DNA of 64,000 bases, taken from Octopus vulgaris. Lineage: Eukaryota. The notes under the pieces are model-generated. The model had not been told where the DNA came from and searched no databases. It saw only the letters and a program-made list of their open reading frames with translations. Of this stretch, positions 50,727 through 64,000 are shown in pieces. Position 1 is the first letter of the stretch, and each line of letters starts with the position of its first letter. The translations under genes and the position numbers were made by a program. The stretch is from the NCBI GenBank assembly GCA_951406725.2, contig OX597829.1, positions 32,054,001-32,118,000 of the forward strand, given 5' to 3'.

Positions 50727-50806
50727 GTGCTTTTTACGTGCCACCGGCACGAGGCCAGTCGGGGCGGCGTTCAACTAGCCTCGTGCCGGTGGCACGTAAA
50801 AAGCAC
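50727..50806. repeat. Perfect 29-bp inverted repeat with 22-nt spacer
   Basis: GTGCTTTTTACGTGCCACCGGCACGAGGC and its exact reverse complement. Confidence 0.92.
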
Positions 50807-50830
50807 GTAAATATTAAAAAATTTATATAC

Positions 50831-50924
50831 CTTATTATTTTCATATTTTGACTCAGATCCTAAAATTTCAATGTTGACTCTGGTAAAATCTCCAAGTTTA
50901 AGCTGTTTGAATATATTTCGGCAT
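50831..50924 (-). CDS. AtuA-family exon D
   Basis: tgttAG|(R)CRNIFKQLKLGDFTRVNIEILGSESKYENNK|GTATAT; 94 nt. Confidence 0.88.
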
Positions 50925-52133
50925 CTAACAGTAAAGTACAAGACACTGATTAGTAATTAATGTAAGAATGAGGCAGTAAGTTAGCAGAATCATGAGCATG
51001 CCAGGCAAGATGCTAAACAGCATCTTGTGTCTTTGTGAATAAAAGATATGTGTATCAACAGTGTAGTAAATAAACTCACATAGATGCACACAGAACACAC
51101 ACACAGATGTAGACACCAATGCACATGCAGATAAAGATACTGCAGAAAGACAAAGTGTAGTAAACAGAGCAAGAAGAGACATGTGGTTAGAGAGTTGTTG
51201 AAGAGGTCACAGAATGTGTGACAAAAGAGCTTTGACAGAGAAACTAAAATAATAATAATAATAAAACTGAAGTGAAGATCAAATATATATATATCATCAT
51301 CATCATCATCATTGTTTAACGCCCATATTCCATGCTAGCATGGGTTGGACGGTTTGACTGGGGTCTGGGAAACCAAGAGGATGCACCAGGCTCCAGTCTG
51401 ATCTGGCAGTGTTTCTACAGCTGGATGCCTTTCCTAATGCCAACCACTCAGTAAGTGTAGTTGGTGCTTTTTACATGCCACCAGCACAGGTATCGCAACT
51501 ACAATTTCCATTTTATTTTTATTTTGATGTTGATGTACTTGACTCAATAGGTCTCCTCAAGCACAGCAGGTTGCCCTACGATCCAAGGTATATATATATA
51601 TAGTGCATGTGTTTGGTTGGCAAAAATATGACTATCTCCAAGTATAACAATATCTGTTTCAACACATGATTTCACATCAAGAATCTTGCAAAACAAATAC
51701 ATAAGCATAAAAATTATTATTACTGTTTAGCTCCAAGTTGATGGCTATGGACATTCAAACAATAACCATCCTTTTTAAAAATTTTTTGGCAGATAGTGGA
51801 TATCCAAGACTACAGTATCCAATGTTGCACTGTTTTTAATACTGAATGGATGAACTGAGGGAAATATAGCTGATATTTCTAGCAGTGTGATTACTTTGGG
51901 TATGGAAATAGAACAGAGGAATTACAGAATTTGACTGTTACACACCTTGGTAATGGACAAAATACCTTGAACTATACCACACTGTAGTACCTACAAACAA
52001 CTAAGTAGACTGGAATGTTGAAAGTTAACAGAGTTGGTCATGGACACAGTACAGAATAAATAACAGACTATGAAGTTGTTAATTCATTCATCTAAGGATT
52101 AAGAATACATTGAAATGTAAAACAATAACATAC

Positions 52134-52240
52134 CTTTTTAAGATGGCATCCATGGTTTTTTTTGCTTTTTCTTCTGCCTGTGGTCCACCAATACAGGTCA
52201 CAGCTGTGACACGGTAACCATCAGCATATGTGGCAGTAAC
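52134..52240 (-). CDS. AtuA-family exon C
   Basis: tttcAG|VTATYADGYRVTAVTCIGGPQAEEKAKKTMDAILK-ag|GTATGT; 107 nt. Confidence 0.92.
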
Positions 52241-54210
52241 CTGAAAAGTAATCAGCAAATCAGTTTGCAAAGATTTTAAAAAAATCTTTTTAGATTTCCT
52301 TATCATTTGAGGTTTCGATAATTTTATGCTTCTTCTTAGCTTTAAGTGAAAGCGTAGTCATGCAGTTAAGAAATATGCCTTGTTTCTGAGTTCAATTCTA
52401 CTATGCATTGACTAAGAAAAATATAAATCAAAAAGTTATAAACTTTTTTTTCAAATGATCCAGTCAAAAGGCAGCACTCTGAAAAGGCAACCCCTTTCAA
52501 GGATTTCCATATATGGAAAGACTTTTGACACCTCTCAGATTGGAGAAATTGTCTAAATATATACAAAAGCATATATGATTACTCAGTTCCATGATTCCGA
52601 AATATAGCCAATATCTGAAACTGAGTATCACATGTGGGTATGACATGGCTGTGTGGAGGCACAGGCATGACTTTATTGTTAAAAGGTTCACTTTACTACC
52701 ATGTAGTTTCAGGTTCAGTCCCACTGTACAGCACCTTGGACAAAATGTCTTTTACTATAGTCCCAAGTTGATCAATGGCTTGTGAGTAAATTTGGTAGAT
52801 GGAAACTGTGTGGAAGCACACCATGTATGTATGCATAAATGTGTATATATGTATGTATGCATACATATTTTTGCATTTGTGTTTTGTCCTCTACCACAGG
52901 TGCTGGTTTGTTTACATTCCTGTAACTTAGCAGTTTTGAATGAAAAAAGACCAATAACAATAATCCTTTCCACAATAGGCACAAGGCTTGAAATTTTGGG
53001 GGAGTAGTCAGTCAATTACATCACCACCACACCCTCCCCCGGTTCTCAAATGGTACTTAGGTTATTGACACCACCACCACCCCCCAAGAATGAAAGGCAA
53101 AGTTGACCTCAGTGGCATTTGAACTTATAATGTAAAGCAGGAGGAAACGCTGCAAAGCATTTTGTCCGGTATCATAATGATTTTGCCAGCTAACACAGCC
53201 AAAAGACATTTACTGGAATGATCCAAATGCTGTAAACACTAATGTGGTGCACTATTGATTACACCCAAGCAATTTTATTATTACTGCTTTTGCTGCTACT
53301 GCTGCTGCTGTTGCTGCTACTTCTGCTACTGTTACTAACTACTACTACTACAACTATGACTACCACAAATAATAATAATAATGGCACAATTTTGAAGATA
53401 GGAATTTAGTTGATACCATTGATCCTAGTACTTGATTAGTGCTTTATTTTATTGACCCAGAAGGGAAGAAAAGCAAGATTGACTCCAGCAGCAAGAACTG
53501 AACTCAGAATATAAAAAGTTAGAAGCAAAGCAAGGTTTTTATTTGAAAATTCTAACAATTTTTTCAATCCACCACCCTATATTACTGTTTCTATAATTAT
53601 TCTACCAGCATGCTGCCTTAAAAGTAATAATAATAAAGGTTTCCAATTTTGACACAAAGTCAGCAATTTAAGGTAGGTGGTTGTGTTGATAACTTCTACT
53701 GTAGCACTCAAATAATATTATTACTGGTTAAGACAGCAAGCTGGCAGAAACGTTTGCATGCCGGCCAAAATGCTTAGCAGTATTTCGTCTGCTTTTACAT
53801 TCTGAGTTCAAATTCCACCAAGGTCACTTTGCCTTTCATCCTCTCGAACTGGAGTCAATCTAATCGACTGGCCCCCTCCCCAAAAATTTCAGGCCTTGTA
53901 CCTAGAGTAGAAAGGAAATGATATTTATTATATCAACTCTGAGAGTATGAAAGGCAAAGTTAACCTCAGCAGGATTTGAATTCAGAAAGCAAAGAGCCAG
54001 AAGAACTGCCACTAAGCATCTTGTTTGATACACTAATGATTCTACCAGCTCTCTGCCTTAACAAAAACAAGAACAACAACAACAATAATAATGCGGATGA
54101 TGTCGAGCAAAGTATTTTGTCTAGTGTTCCACCAATTGTAAACAAGAACAACAAAATATGAAATGTACTTAAACACCCTACACCCACCAAAAGGAGATTG
54201 TAAAACTTAC

Positions 54211-54272
54211 CTTATAATCATTTGTTGGAGGTTTTCCAAGGGCTCCTTTCACTTGAACATTATCCTTTCCAG
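54211..54272 (-). CDS. AtuA-family exon B
   Basis: tttctAG|(S)GKDNVQVKGALGKPPTNDYK|GTAAGT; 62 nt, phases fit both neighbours. Confidence 0.9.
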
Positions 54273-55744
54273 CTAGAAATTAAAATAAAGAATAACGTTT
54301 TAAAACATTGCAAAGTGTATGCATGCTTTGACTTTAGTTGCTCTCCATCATAAATCATATAATTGCAACAAGGATCTAAAACACACACACACACACACAA
54401 GATCTCATACGCGTTGCTAAGAGGGTGCACTGGATGGACTGTCCCCTCACTAGTCAAAGGTGCACCCTCAGATTTACTTCACTTTAGCATTATTACAAAT
54501 TAGTACCCACCCAGAATATTCTGAAGTACACCCAGGCATCAAACTCTAGTGATGGACTAGCAAGATGTGCAGCATAATAGGGAGGGGATAGTTGACTGAT
54601 CTTGATCTTTTTCTTTAACCAATAGAACCTGGAATATATATGTAGGTATGGTTGTATGGTTAAGATGTTTGTTTCCCAATCATGCCATTCCAGGTTCAAT
54701 CCTAATACATGGCAACATATATTAATGAACGTGTACAGTTTTAAGAATCCGTTATGATCAATCTTAACAATCAGTTTAATACTTAGTATGAAACCAATTG
54801 GGAAGCTGGTAAGCCCTGAAGACTGGATATAAAACATTGTACACTTTAATTAATATATATATAAAACAGATCACATTCAACACACCATTCAATATCACTA
54901 TCATATAATATCATTGTCCTTACACATACATCCTATATCTACTAGTTCTCTCAGTGCCCTTGTGTTTTACCTTTCATGTGGTTTAACAGTTTTTAGTGAA
55001 AAATGCTTCTCACTTCATTTACCTCCAGCTTCCACATTCTGTAAAACTCATGTCTAATTGTACATTTTACTAATGCTTCAAACAATTTATCATTTTCACA
55101 AAGAGAGAAACCCTTTATATCAGTTTCTTAAACTTCTTCCAACCCTTATGTTCATCACTGCGATAACCTTGTAGCTATCCACTGCAATAATTAAGTCACA
55201 GGTAATTCAAGTTTTTAACACCCTGGAGTGATACCTGTGTAGACTGCAAATTTCCTTTTTCTTAAGGCTCCTCCTCTAAGAGCTAATTAATCCTATACAG
55301 TTTTAATATTTGAAATCTTGGTTCTCTGTCCAACCATTCCTGAGATTCCATAACATATTTTGTATCTGTATTGCATGCACTTATCACACAGTATTAAATT
55401 CCCACCTTCCCTTCCCCTGTGGAAAGAGTAAGCCCCTACTTCCAAAATGGTTCCAGGATTTTATATATTTCTGTTGGTAATTAGTTCCTTGATCTTAAGC
55501 CACAAGAGCACTCCTCTAAACTTAGAGCTTCATTTTTTTACTTTCTTTTTATAAATTTGGCAGGTTCTACAATGGTAGTCAAATCTTTAGTCTATATAAG
55601 ACATCCGATCTCTAGTGGAAATGAAGTTGGGATGATGATAATGATGACGATAACAACAATGATAATGACAATGATGATGATAATTAATATGATAATGAGT
55701 GCTCATAAATCCTGCTATAATAAGTTCTCAACAAGACTAAGTGA

Positions 55745-55978
55745 TGGTCACTGGTAATAAAGTCGCAGGAAAAAAAGTCACAGTAATAAAGTCACAATTT
55801 TGGCTAGTAAAAAAAGTCAGAATTAATTTATGGTGGCCAGTAATAAAGTCACAGGAAAAAAGTTACAATTAATTTATGGTGGCTGATAATAAAGTCATGG
55901 GAAAAAAAGTCACAATTATGGCTTATGGGATCTGGACAAAACCTGTGACTTTCTTTCCTGTGACTTTTTAACTTGAAT
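55745..55978. repeat. Unclassified element built of AAAGTCAC(A) units with inverted copies at the right end
   Basis: About 9 direct AATAAAGTCAC/AAAAAAGTCAC units, then TGTGACTTT twice; fragments also near 32030 and 57228. Confidence 0.55.
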
Positions 55979-57086
55979 TCAAAGTAACCACCTAAGCCAG
56001 AAGACCAAAATTTATCTTATAATAAATAATATTTGGGAGAAAGGGGCTTGAAAAACACATCACCTATCATAAAACAAAACAAAAAACATTTAATATATAC
56101 ATGGCCACAGCTCATGAGCTGAAACTAGAATCAATCAATCAAACTCTGTTGGCAATGAATTTTGTAATATACAAAAAAATACTGAATTGTCAATGCATTG
56201 AATAAGTACCTGCACTGATTGTTAGTTCTGTCAGGTCACTGCATCCTACAAAAATTCCATACCTCCTGAAATTTGCCAACACTACTCCTGAAGTGCCAGA
56301 CACTTTTTCTTCTTCATAACTATTTTACTCCCCCCCCCCATTCATTCTGTATATTGTGCATGTACTTTTGGCCTTCATAACTGTCTTCCTTTACTTGACT
56401 TATATATCTACTTTCTACCCCCTTTTTTTTTAACCCAAGTACTGTACACAGTAAGCTCCACCACCTTCTTCTCCTCCTCCTCCTCATCATCATGATCATC
56501 ATTAATTTACATATATTTTTTAGAGTTTAGACGAGGCGAAATAAAAAATAGGTTACCGTAACCTATTAATTTGAGAAATGATTTACCACTAGTAATTTGC
56601 AGTATTTGTTATGAATAAAATAGCGGAATTGAATTACAGCTGTAAAGTACTAGCCTAAATGTCTTAGAGGATTTAGTTTTGGGCATCTTAATTCTGAGTT
56701 CAATCCCTGCTGGAACCAACATTATTTTCTATATCTCTCTAGGCCCAGTTAAATGAATCCAATGAAAGAGTTACAGAAAATGAAGTCACAAAACAAACTT
56801 CAATAGTTAAATGATCTGATTTTTTTTGGTTTCATTGTTTTTATTCAAGATATTAAATAAAGTATCTTTTTAAAATAGTTTTTAATATAATTTGTTTAGT
56901 TTCTTGAGACTTAAAATTTTATTTTCTGTATTTGATGGCATAAAGACACACCTGAATTTCAGCAGCATATATTCAGAAAAGAAAAAAATGATTTTAATGC
57001 ATTCAAGCATGTAATATAGGCTCAACTTCATATATAAGACCTGGGGTGATTTCTTTTTCAGAGATTTTTTTTCTGTTGGAAAAAGA

Positions 57087-57150
<64 letters not shown>

Positions 57151-58487
57151 CAAATGCAGTACTTAAAACTACTCTACTATTTATGTCATTTAAATTTAAC
57201 ATAGCACTTTATTTCTTCTAGTCAAAATTGTGACTTTTTCTGAGATTTTTATTCCTGTTCATCAATAGAATAAATAGCAGCAATGTAAAGCAATAGGATT
57301 AATTAATTAATAATCTGATTCCCTCTTCTATTAATTTTTAGCACCATACAAATGACAGAAATCCTCCTTATTAGTAATCACATCATTGGAGGCAGTGCCT
57401 TTGGATTTATTTGTACCACATTCCTGTATATGGTATCAGTTAATATCCAAAGATTAATTCTAGTTAGAGTTAATAGTGACATCACAACATTGAATACTCT
57501 GTCTTTGGATTCACCTGTACCATATTTCTGATAATGGGAACTTCATTTGACTGTAGTTTAATTTAACATAACTATTATTATTATTTTGGGGGTTAATAAA
57601 ATAAATGCCAGTTGGGCTTTTGGTTCAATGTAATCAACTAGTTTGCTCCCCTAAAATTTCAGAGACTTTTATTCCTGAGACTATTATTGTTGTTGTCGGC
57701 GGCGGTGGTGGTGGTTGCGGTGGTGGTGGTCACGGTGGTGGTGGTGGTGGTGGTACTACTATTATACCACCACTAGAGACTATGTCTTTGGGTTCAGACT
57801 CACTTGAGTCCATCTCACCAACCCCTACCAGGTCTTCATTTAAGTGTAGAGTAACAATAGAGCTTATTTTCTGCCTCAAAGAAGGCATTGCAAATGAGAG
57901 GTGTCAAATGTGTCCTTATGATGTAAGATAATGAATGATCTAAATCTTCAGGACAGAACTGAACAACACACACAGACACAAAAGCACAAACATTTATATG
58001 AGTTAAAGAGAAGTCTCTTCTAAGTGGCCTGATATGTAAGAAACAGCAGTCAAATCTTACTCAAATCATACTACATTTGCATTCAAAAAATAAATAAAAC
58101 AGACTGAAAAGGCAAATTAGATCCTGTAGTCCTTGATACACTATGTCTGAAAAAGATGAAATAGTCATGTTGTCACACCTTCGACTATAGGTTTCCTCAA
58201 ACAGGATTGGCCTGGGGTTAAGCAACAACATTGTTTCATTGTTTCTAATTTTGAGGGAAGAGAGTGAGTTAGTCAATACCATCAAACTTTTACTTTACTT
58301 TATCAACCCCAAAAGGTTCACCATGCTGGGATTTGATCTCACAGTGTAAAGAGCTAGAATAAATATGCACAATGTCTTTTTTTTTCCCATTGCTCTAATG
58401 ATGCAGCCAATTTCCCACTTTAACCCTTTAACATTCAGATTACTCTCTCAAACATTATTCATATTGTTTTGAATTAATTATACATTG

Positions 58488-58780
58488 AGAGGCTGTGTGG
58501 TAAGTAGCTTGTTTACCAACCACATGGTTCCGGGTTCTGTCCCACTGCGTGGCACTTTCATCAAGTGTCTTCTACTATAGCCTCAGGTCGACCAAAGCCT
58601 TGTGAGTGGATTTGGTAGATGGAAACTGAAAGAAGCCCATCGCATATATGTATATATATGTGTGTGTGTGTATATGTTTGTCCCCCCCAACATCGCTTGA
58701 CAACCGATGCTGGTGTGTTTACGTTACTGTAACTTAGCGCTTCAGCAAAAGAGACCGATAGAATAAGTACTAGGCTTACC
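58488..58780 (+). mobile_element. SINE family A copy nested in a TTAA-type MITE
   Basis: 3'-truncated family match splitting MITE 58420-58898. Confidence 0.78.
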
Positions 58781-58937
58781 TGATGATGTGATTGTGTGTT
58801 TTTAGAATGACATTGTAGGGTAGGTGTGAGAGGTTGGATCTGGTCAATTTTAGCATAAAACAGGTAGAATATTTGGGTCAGATATAGCTGGATTAAATTT
58901 GACTGGGATAAAACAACAGCAATAAAAAAGAACTCAC

Positions 58938-59128
58938 ATTCAGAAACCTGTACTTGGCTGAAGTCACAAATTATGTCAGGTAGGATATAATTTTTAGGGT
59001 CACCAATCTCATACAACAATTGTTCACATACAGTTCCTTTTGAAACCAGACCTCCAGTTGATGGTGGCTTACTCACACTGAAGGAACCATTAGCAGAAAA
59101 TTCTACAATAGGAAACCCAATATTGTCC
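58938..59128 (-). CDS. AtuA-family exon A
   Basis: ttttAG|[65 protein letters not shown]|GTGAGT; 191 nt. Confidence 0.93.
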
Positions 59129-60568
59129 CTAAAAGAAAGAAAAAAATGAACAAAGAATATTATTATTACATAGATGAAGACTGGAAATGCTTCTTTCTAT
59201 ATTCTACAATGGAATAAACAGAGTATTGTTTCCAAATTTGTTACTGTTTTGCTGCAGTGTATACAAACGTTCAAGAAAATAGCCTAAAAATAGGGTTTTC
59301 TCTTCAGAACCAGAAAACAATTGAACCCTTAATAACTATTAGCCATGTAAAATCCACCAGGGAAATACTAACAATGGAATACTACTTCCACATCTGAGAT
59401 AGAACTGCTGCTCCTAGTGGTTCTTAACTTAGATGGTAGCACTCTTTTAGGGATATTGTTGAGAAGAGGACAGTAAACATCAAGGGAAGGGGTTTTATGG
59501 AGATACTGGATCCTTTGAAGTGAGTCACAGCTTTTCTTGGAAATAAAATATTTAAACAAGAACAAAACTTTTCAACACATTTTCAAAAATAATCTTTCTT
59601 CAGATTAAAAACATGAATAAGGCATTGTGTTATAAGTGAGTTATATACGTAAATTCTTCTTTTCTTCAGTTATTTCTATAAAAATTTAACACAGGGAACA
59701 CTAACTCATGAGAAATATCTAAAAACAAAAAGCAAATGCTTAATGGGACAGTATAAAAACAAATAAATAATAAATCACTGTGTAAATTTAATTTTGATTA
59801 AAATAATCTGCCTTTTATTCAGTAGCATAGCTTTTGGGCCAGCTGTATAAACCTACATATGGGGAAAGCACATACTTTAGCTATACTACTACTGTTATTT
59901 ATTTATTCATTTATTCATTCACTAATTTTACCAAATGTACCATAAAAGGTTGAGATGTGCACTGTATCTAAAGAAAGGTCATACAATTAGTTGACATTCA
60001 AGCCTCTGGCACACAGGCATGTTGTGTCCTCTCTCTGCCTTTTCTATCACTAATATAATGTCCTCAGTTCTCCAGAAATTATTGTCAGGATTGGAGTACA
60101 ACTGAATTCAAGCTATGATGATGATGATGACAATGATAATTATTATTTCTGATTTAGGTACAAGTCCAGTAATTTTTGAGTGGTGAGGGTTAGAGTTGAT
60201 TACTTCATCGGCTGATACTTTATAGTTAGCTGATACTTTATTTTATTGACCCTGATGGTATGAAAGATATAGATGATCTCAGGTGAAGATGAACCGAGAA
60301 TATCAAATTTTACAAGGAATGTCTTCTGACACTCAAATGATTCTGCCAACTAGCCGCCTTTTTAATTGGTTCTGATATAGGCATAAGACCAGAAAAGGTT
60401 GTTGGATACTATCGCTACTAGTGATAGTACTTTATTTTAACAACTTTGGAGGGATGGAAGGTAGAGCTGGCCTCAGTGGGATTTGAACATGGAATGTAGA
60501 AAACCAAAAATACATGCTGCAAAGTATTCTCTTCGACACTACAACACTTTGGCAAAACAACAACAACA

Positions 60569-60570
<2 letters not shown>

Positions 60571-60657
<87 letters not shown>
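60571..60657. repeat. (AAT)n microsatellite
   Basis: About 29 units. Confidence 0.95.
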
Positions 60658-60658
<1 letters not shown>

Positions 60659-60817
60659 GGAAGATTTAAGGTAAATAAGAAAAATGGAGAGGACATACCA
60701 ATTATGAACAGTCTGCCAATCAGTAAAGACTCCACCTGTAGCTTGAGCTCCACATTCAATGATATGACCAGCAAGGCTGAAATTTATAGATTCTACATTT
60801 AGAATACTTGTATATTA

Positions 60818-60849
<32 letters not shown>

Positions 60850-61496
60850 AACAAACAAAAGCCAACTCTGTAGGTAGTGCTCCAGTATGGCTCCAGCCAT
60901 GTTAGCTAAAACAAAGTTAAAGAACATACAGTTGTACTATTAAGAACAAAAACAACATAGATATATAAACCAACAAAGAAACTTCTAAAATGATGGTTCT
61001 CAATTTTTTTGACTTAATGACATAATTAAAAATAAGACAAAAGAAAGAAACTGGAAACTTTAATAAGAAAGAAAATGTTTTAAAGTTAAGGAAAAAATAG
61101 AAAAAATTTTATAGAACCCTTTAGCATTCTTATTTTTTTGTCAAATGCAATGCTTAGTCATGTATTATCTCATAGCTTGGAAATTTTGATGATGTGTTTG
61201 TATATTTTGAGAATGGCATTGTAGGGTAGGTATGATAGGTTGGATCTGGTCAGTTTTAACATAAAACATATAGAACATTTGGGCCAGACATGGCTGAGTG
61301 GTTAAGAAGATCACTTCCTAACCACCGTGTGTGTGTGTGTGAGTGTGTGCACGCAAAACTGTTGAAAAAAAGATTACTTAGCACCATAGTTGAGATAAAT
61401 GATAAATTTTATTTTGGTCAAGTCAGTCACTTGCTGCTCTGAGTTTTGCCTGTAGATGCAAAGGGGTTTTCAGGCAAGTTCTAAAACTAATACCCC

Positions 61497-61543
<47 letters not shown>

Positions 61544-61912
61544 TCATCATCATCATCATCATCATTATTATCATTTAACATCAGTTTTCTATGCTGGCAT
61601 GGGTTAGATGGTTTGACTGGAACTGGTAAACCAGAGAACTGTACCAGGCTCCAGTTGTGTTTTGGCTTGGTTTATATAGCTGGATGCCCTTCCTAATGCC
61701 AACCACTCCACAGAGTGTACAGGGCGCCTTTCACATGTCACTATCACAGGTATCTCTTACATGTCACTGGCATAGATGCCTCTCATATGTCACTAGCATG
61801 GGTACCTTTCACATGTCACCAGCACAGGTGCCTTGCATCTGTCACTGGTCCTGACTGTGACTTCATTTAGCTTGACATGTCCTTTGAAGCACAACAAATC
61901 ACCATGCACGCA

Positions 61913-61946
<34 letters not shown>

Positions 61947-62266
61947 TCACAGAACATATCCAAAGTAAGGCTACTTAAATGATTGATATGAAACTGGTTA
62001 CAGAAACACTCAATCTTTCTCCCACAGGTGTGCTTATCTCTTCTCTTTATACTCCTACCACTACAATAGCTCCCTAAGCCTCAGCGTTGGCTATTCACAA
62101 GCTACCTTTAACCAAGCCCAACAAACTTACTCATCTATCTCTCCCCTCACTGACCATAGTGTGTCCATCAACTCAGGCTCTATGTTAACTACTATTCACA
62201 GTCTCTTTGCAATTGCTTTCCTTGCAGTCATTAACTTGCTGTTGTTCAAGAGAGAAATTTACCATA

Positions 62267-62678
62267 GGCACAGGAGTGGCTGTGTGGTAAGTAGCTTGCT
62301 AACCAACCACATGGTTCCGGGTTCAGTCCCACTGCGTGGCATCTTGGGCAAGTGTCTTCTGCTATAGCCCCGGGCCGACCAATGCCTTGTGAGTGGATTT
62401 GGTAGACGGAAACTGAAAAGAAGCCTGTCGTATATATGTATATATATATAAGTGTGTGTGTATATGTTTGTGTGTCTGTGTTTGTCCCTCTAGCATTGCT
62501 TGACAACCGATGCTGGTGTGTTTACATCCCCGTCACTTAGCGGTTCGGCAAAAGAGACCGATAGAATAAGTACTAGGCTTACAAAGAATAAGTCCCGGGG
62601 TCGATTTGCTCGACTAAAGGCGGTGCTCCAGCATGGCTGCAGTCAAATGACTGAAACAAGTAAAAGAGTAAAAGAGTA
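62267..62678 (+). mobile_element. tRNA-derived SINE family A (CORE-like), near full length
   Basis: A box TGGCTGTGTGG, B box GGTTCAGTCCC, CORE-like CTTGGGCAAGTG, internal (TA/TG)n, AAAGAGTA tail; about 20 copies in window. Confidence 0.85.
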
Positions 62679-64000
62679 TATAAGAACTCATCAGTCACAG
62701 AGAGTTTGCAAAGGTCATCAGCCACTGTCTTCCTTAAGAACAAGTCAATAATCTAAGTATGTGTGTGTTTGTGTAGCTTTAACTTATTTAGACCATTGTT
62801 TATTGCCTTGCTATAAACACAAGTATAAATAAATAATAAATAAATTCATAAATAAATAAAGCAAACTGGGTATTTAGTAAACAAACATATCTCAGGCATG
62901 ATTCATATATATGCAAGAGGAATATTTTCCATAAAGGACTCACCCATCAAAGAGGGCTAATAATGTTCCTTAGACACACACACACACACACACATAAATC
63001 TCTGCTGATTCACCAGAAGTGATAAATTACAGGACTCAATACAAATGTAGAGTGTTCTTTACTACATTAAAGTGAAAAGCTCTGATTTCATGCACTCAGA
63101 GTAGCTTGTTTCCAATCATCAGCTGGTAAACTGAATCAGGTTTTTTTTTTTAACATCCACTGTCTGAATATCTTTTAAAATATGAAATCAAAGTTTGGCG
63201 AAATCACCTATCCTTATGTTCTTTTGTTAAAAAAAACCTTTGTGAATGGTTCATGCATAAATGTCTACTTCAAGCTCATGTTTTCAATCTCATTTCTGGT
63301 TCTCAAATTCCACCCACAAAACAATGTTCAACCAGAGACTATAGTAGAAGACATTTTACCAAGGTACAACACAGTGATATCAAGCCAAATCCAGAACCAC
63401 ATGGTTGCAAAGTAATCTTCTAGACCATACTGTGGTAACATGCTTATTAACTTACATTCAATGTCTGCTAATGAAATTTTCTTTGTGGTCCTTTAAATAA
63501 ACCATTTCATTCAATCGTCTACTTTTAGTTGTGTGGTAATATCTGTGCACACTTGTTGATGTTATTGTATGTATTTCAGGGTGTCATTTTGCATGTTTTT
63601 GTTATGGTATTTGAGAGGAATTTTCAATATACAGAGTTGTCTGTCTGTTTCATATAAGTTTTGTATAAATAACTGTATATAAACTTTATAAAGGAGCACA
63701 AGCTCATAACATTTCTATATATCTTTATATATAAAGAGTAAAGGCATGAGACCTAGTGGTTAGGAGCATTGGACTTACAATCATGACATTATTGCTTCAA
63801 TTCCCAGGTTGGGTGGTGTGTTATTTTCTTGAACAAAAAACAATTCATTTCCCGTTGCTTTAGTCCACTCAACCAAAAATGAACACCAATAACAGCTAGG
63901 GTTAACTCTTTGACAGATTGGCATCCTGCCCAAGGAGAGTATTCTGCTCTCACTTGCTTATACACTTATGGAAACTGTGATAAGCTCTAATGCAGGTGTT

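Larger units (their letters stand above)
24212..59128 (-). other. Gene span (3' part, 11 coding exons) of an AtuA/DUF1446 acyclic-terpene-utilisation-family protein with C-terminal RSGDKG domain; 5' exons not found in window
   Basis: Exons join in frame via GT-AG introns to 374 aa containing [67 protein letters not shown] and NFVL..LGGGGIASLRSDPQGK, which are motifs of two-domain AtuA-like proteins. Confidence 0.92.

Noticed and set aside
54720-54850. CTGAAGA and GAAACCAATTGG fragments resembling a hammerhead
   Set aside because: Motifs lack the order and pairing needed for a coherent fold.
57605-57931. Gly-rich 108-aa ORF
   Set aside because: (GGT)n microsatellite within an intron, antisense to the gene, with no supporting structure.
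62267-62345. tRNA-like A/B boxes at many SINE heads
   Set aside because: No cloverleaf evident; they continue into SINE bodies, so they are not tRNA genes.
59129-64000. Search for the next upstream AtuA exon (expected ECG..TGG.FTDW-like), including a GTGAGT donor-like site near 62943
   Set aside because: No frame with family motifs found by eye; the exon is presumably outside the window.

Overview
AT-rich, repeat-dense eukaryotic genomic DNA. The SINE families and microsatellite load suggest a coleoid cephalopod, probably Octopus (inference). Almost every ORF in the supplied track is an artefact of microsatellites or SINEs. Two spliced genes can be assembled by hand. (1) A two-exon, 47-aa TOMM5/Tom5-like gene on + (10757-10871 joined to 15933-15961), absent from the ORF track. 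(2) The last 11 coding exons of an AtuA/DUF1446-family gene on - (59128 down to 24212, 374 codons plus stop, all GT-AG and phase-consistent); its 5' exons were not found and probably lie beyond the window. The rest is tRNA-derived SINEs, RTE/Tx1/RLE LINE remnants, Penelope-like GIY-YIG remnants, pogo/Tigger and piggyBac-like MITEs, a Merlin transposase pseudogene, a 1.18-kb tandem duplication and long simple repeats. The most interesting signal is a non-coding tandem ~400-bp repeat in the last AtuA intron. Each unit carries a type-I hammerhead ribozyme motif (retrozyme or Penelope-pLTR-like), and a third minimal hammerhead-like motif lies beside it. The AtuA transcription unit also holds many fold-back (dsRNA-forming) structures. 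All calls were made by eye; no searches or folding programs were run.
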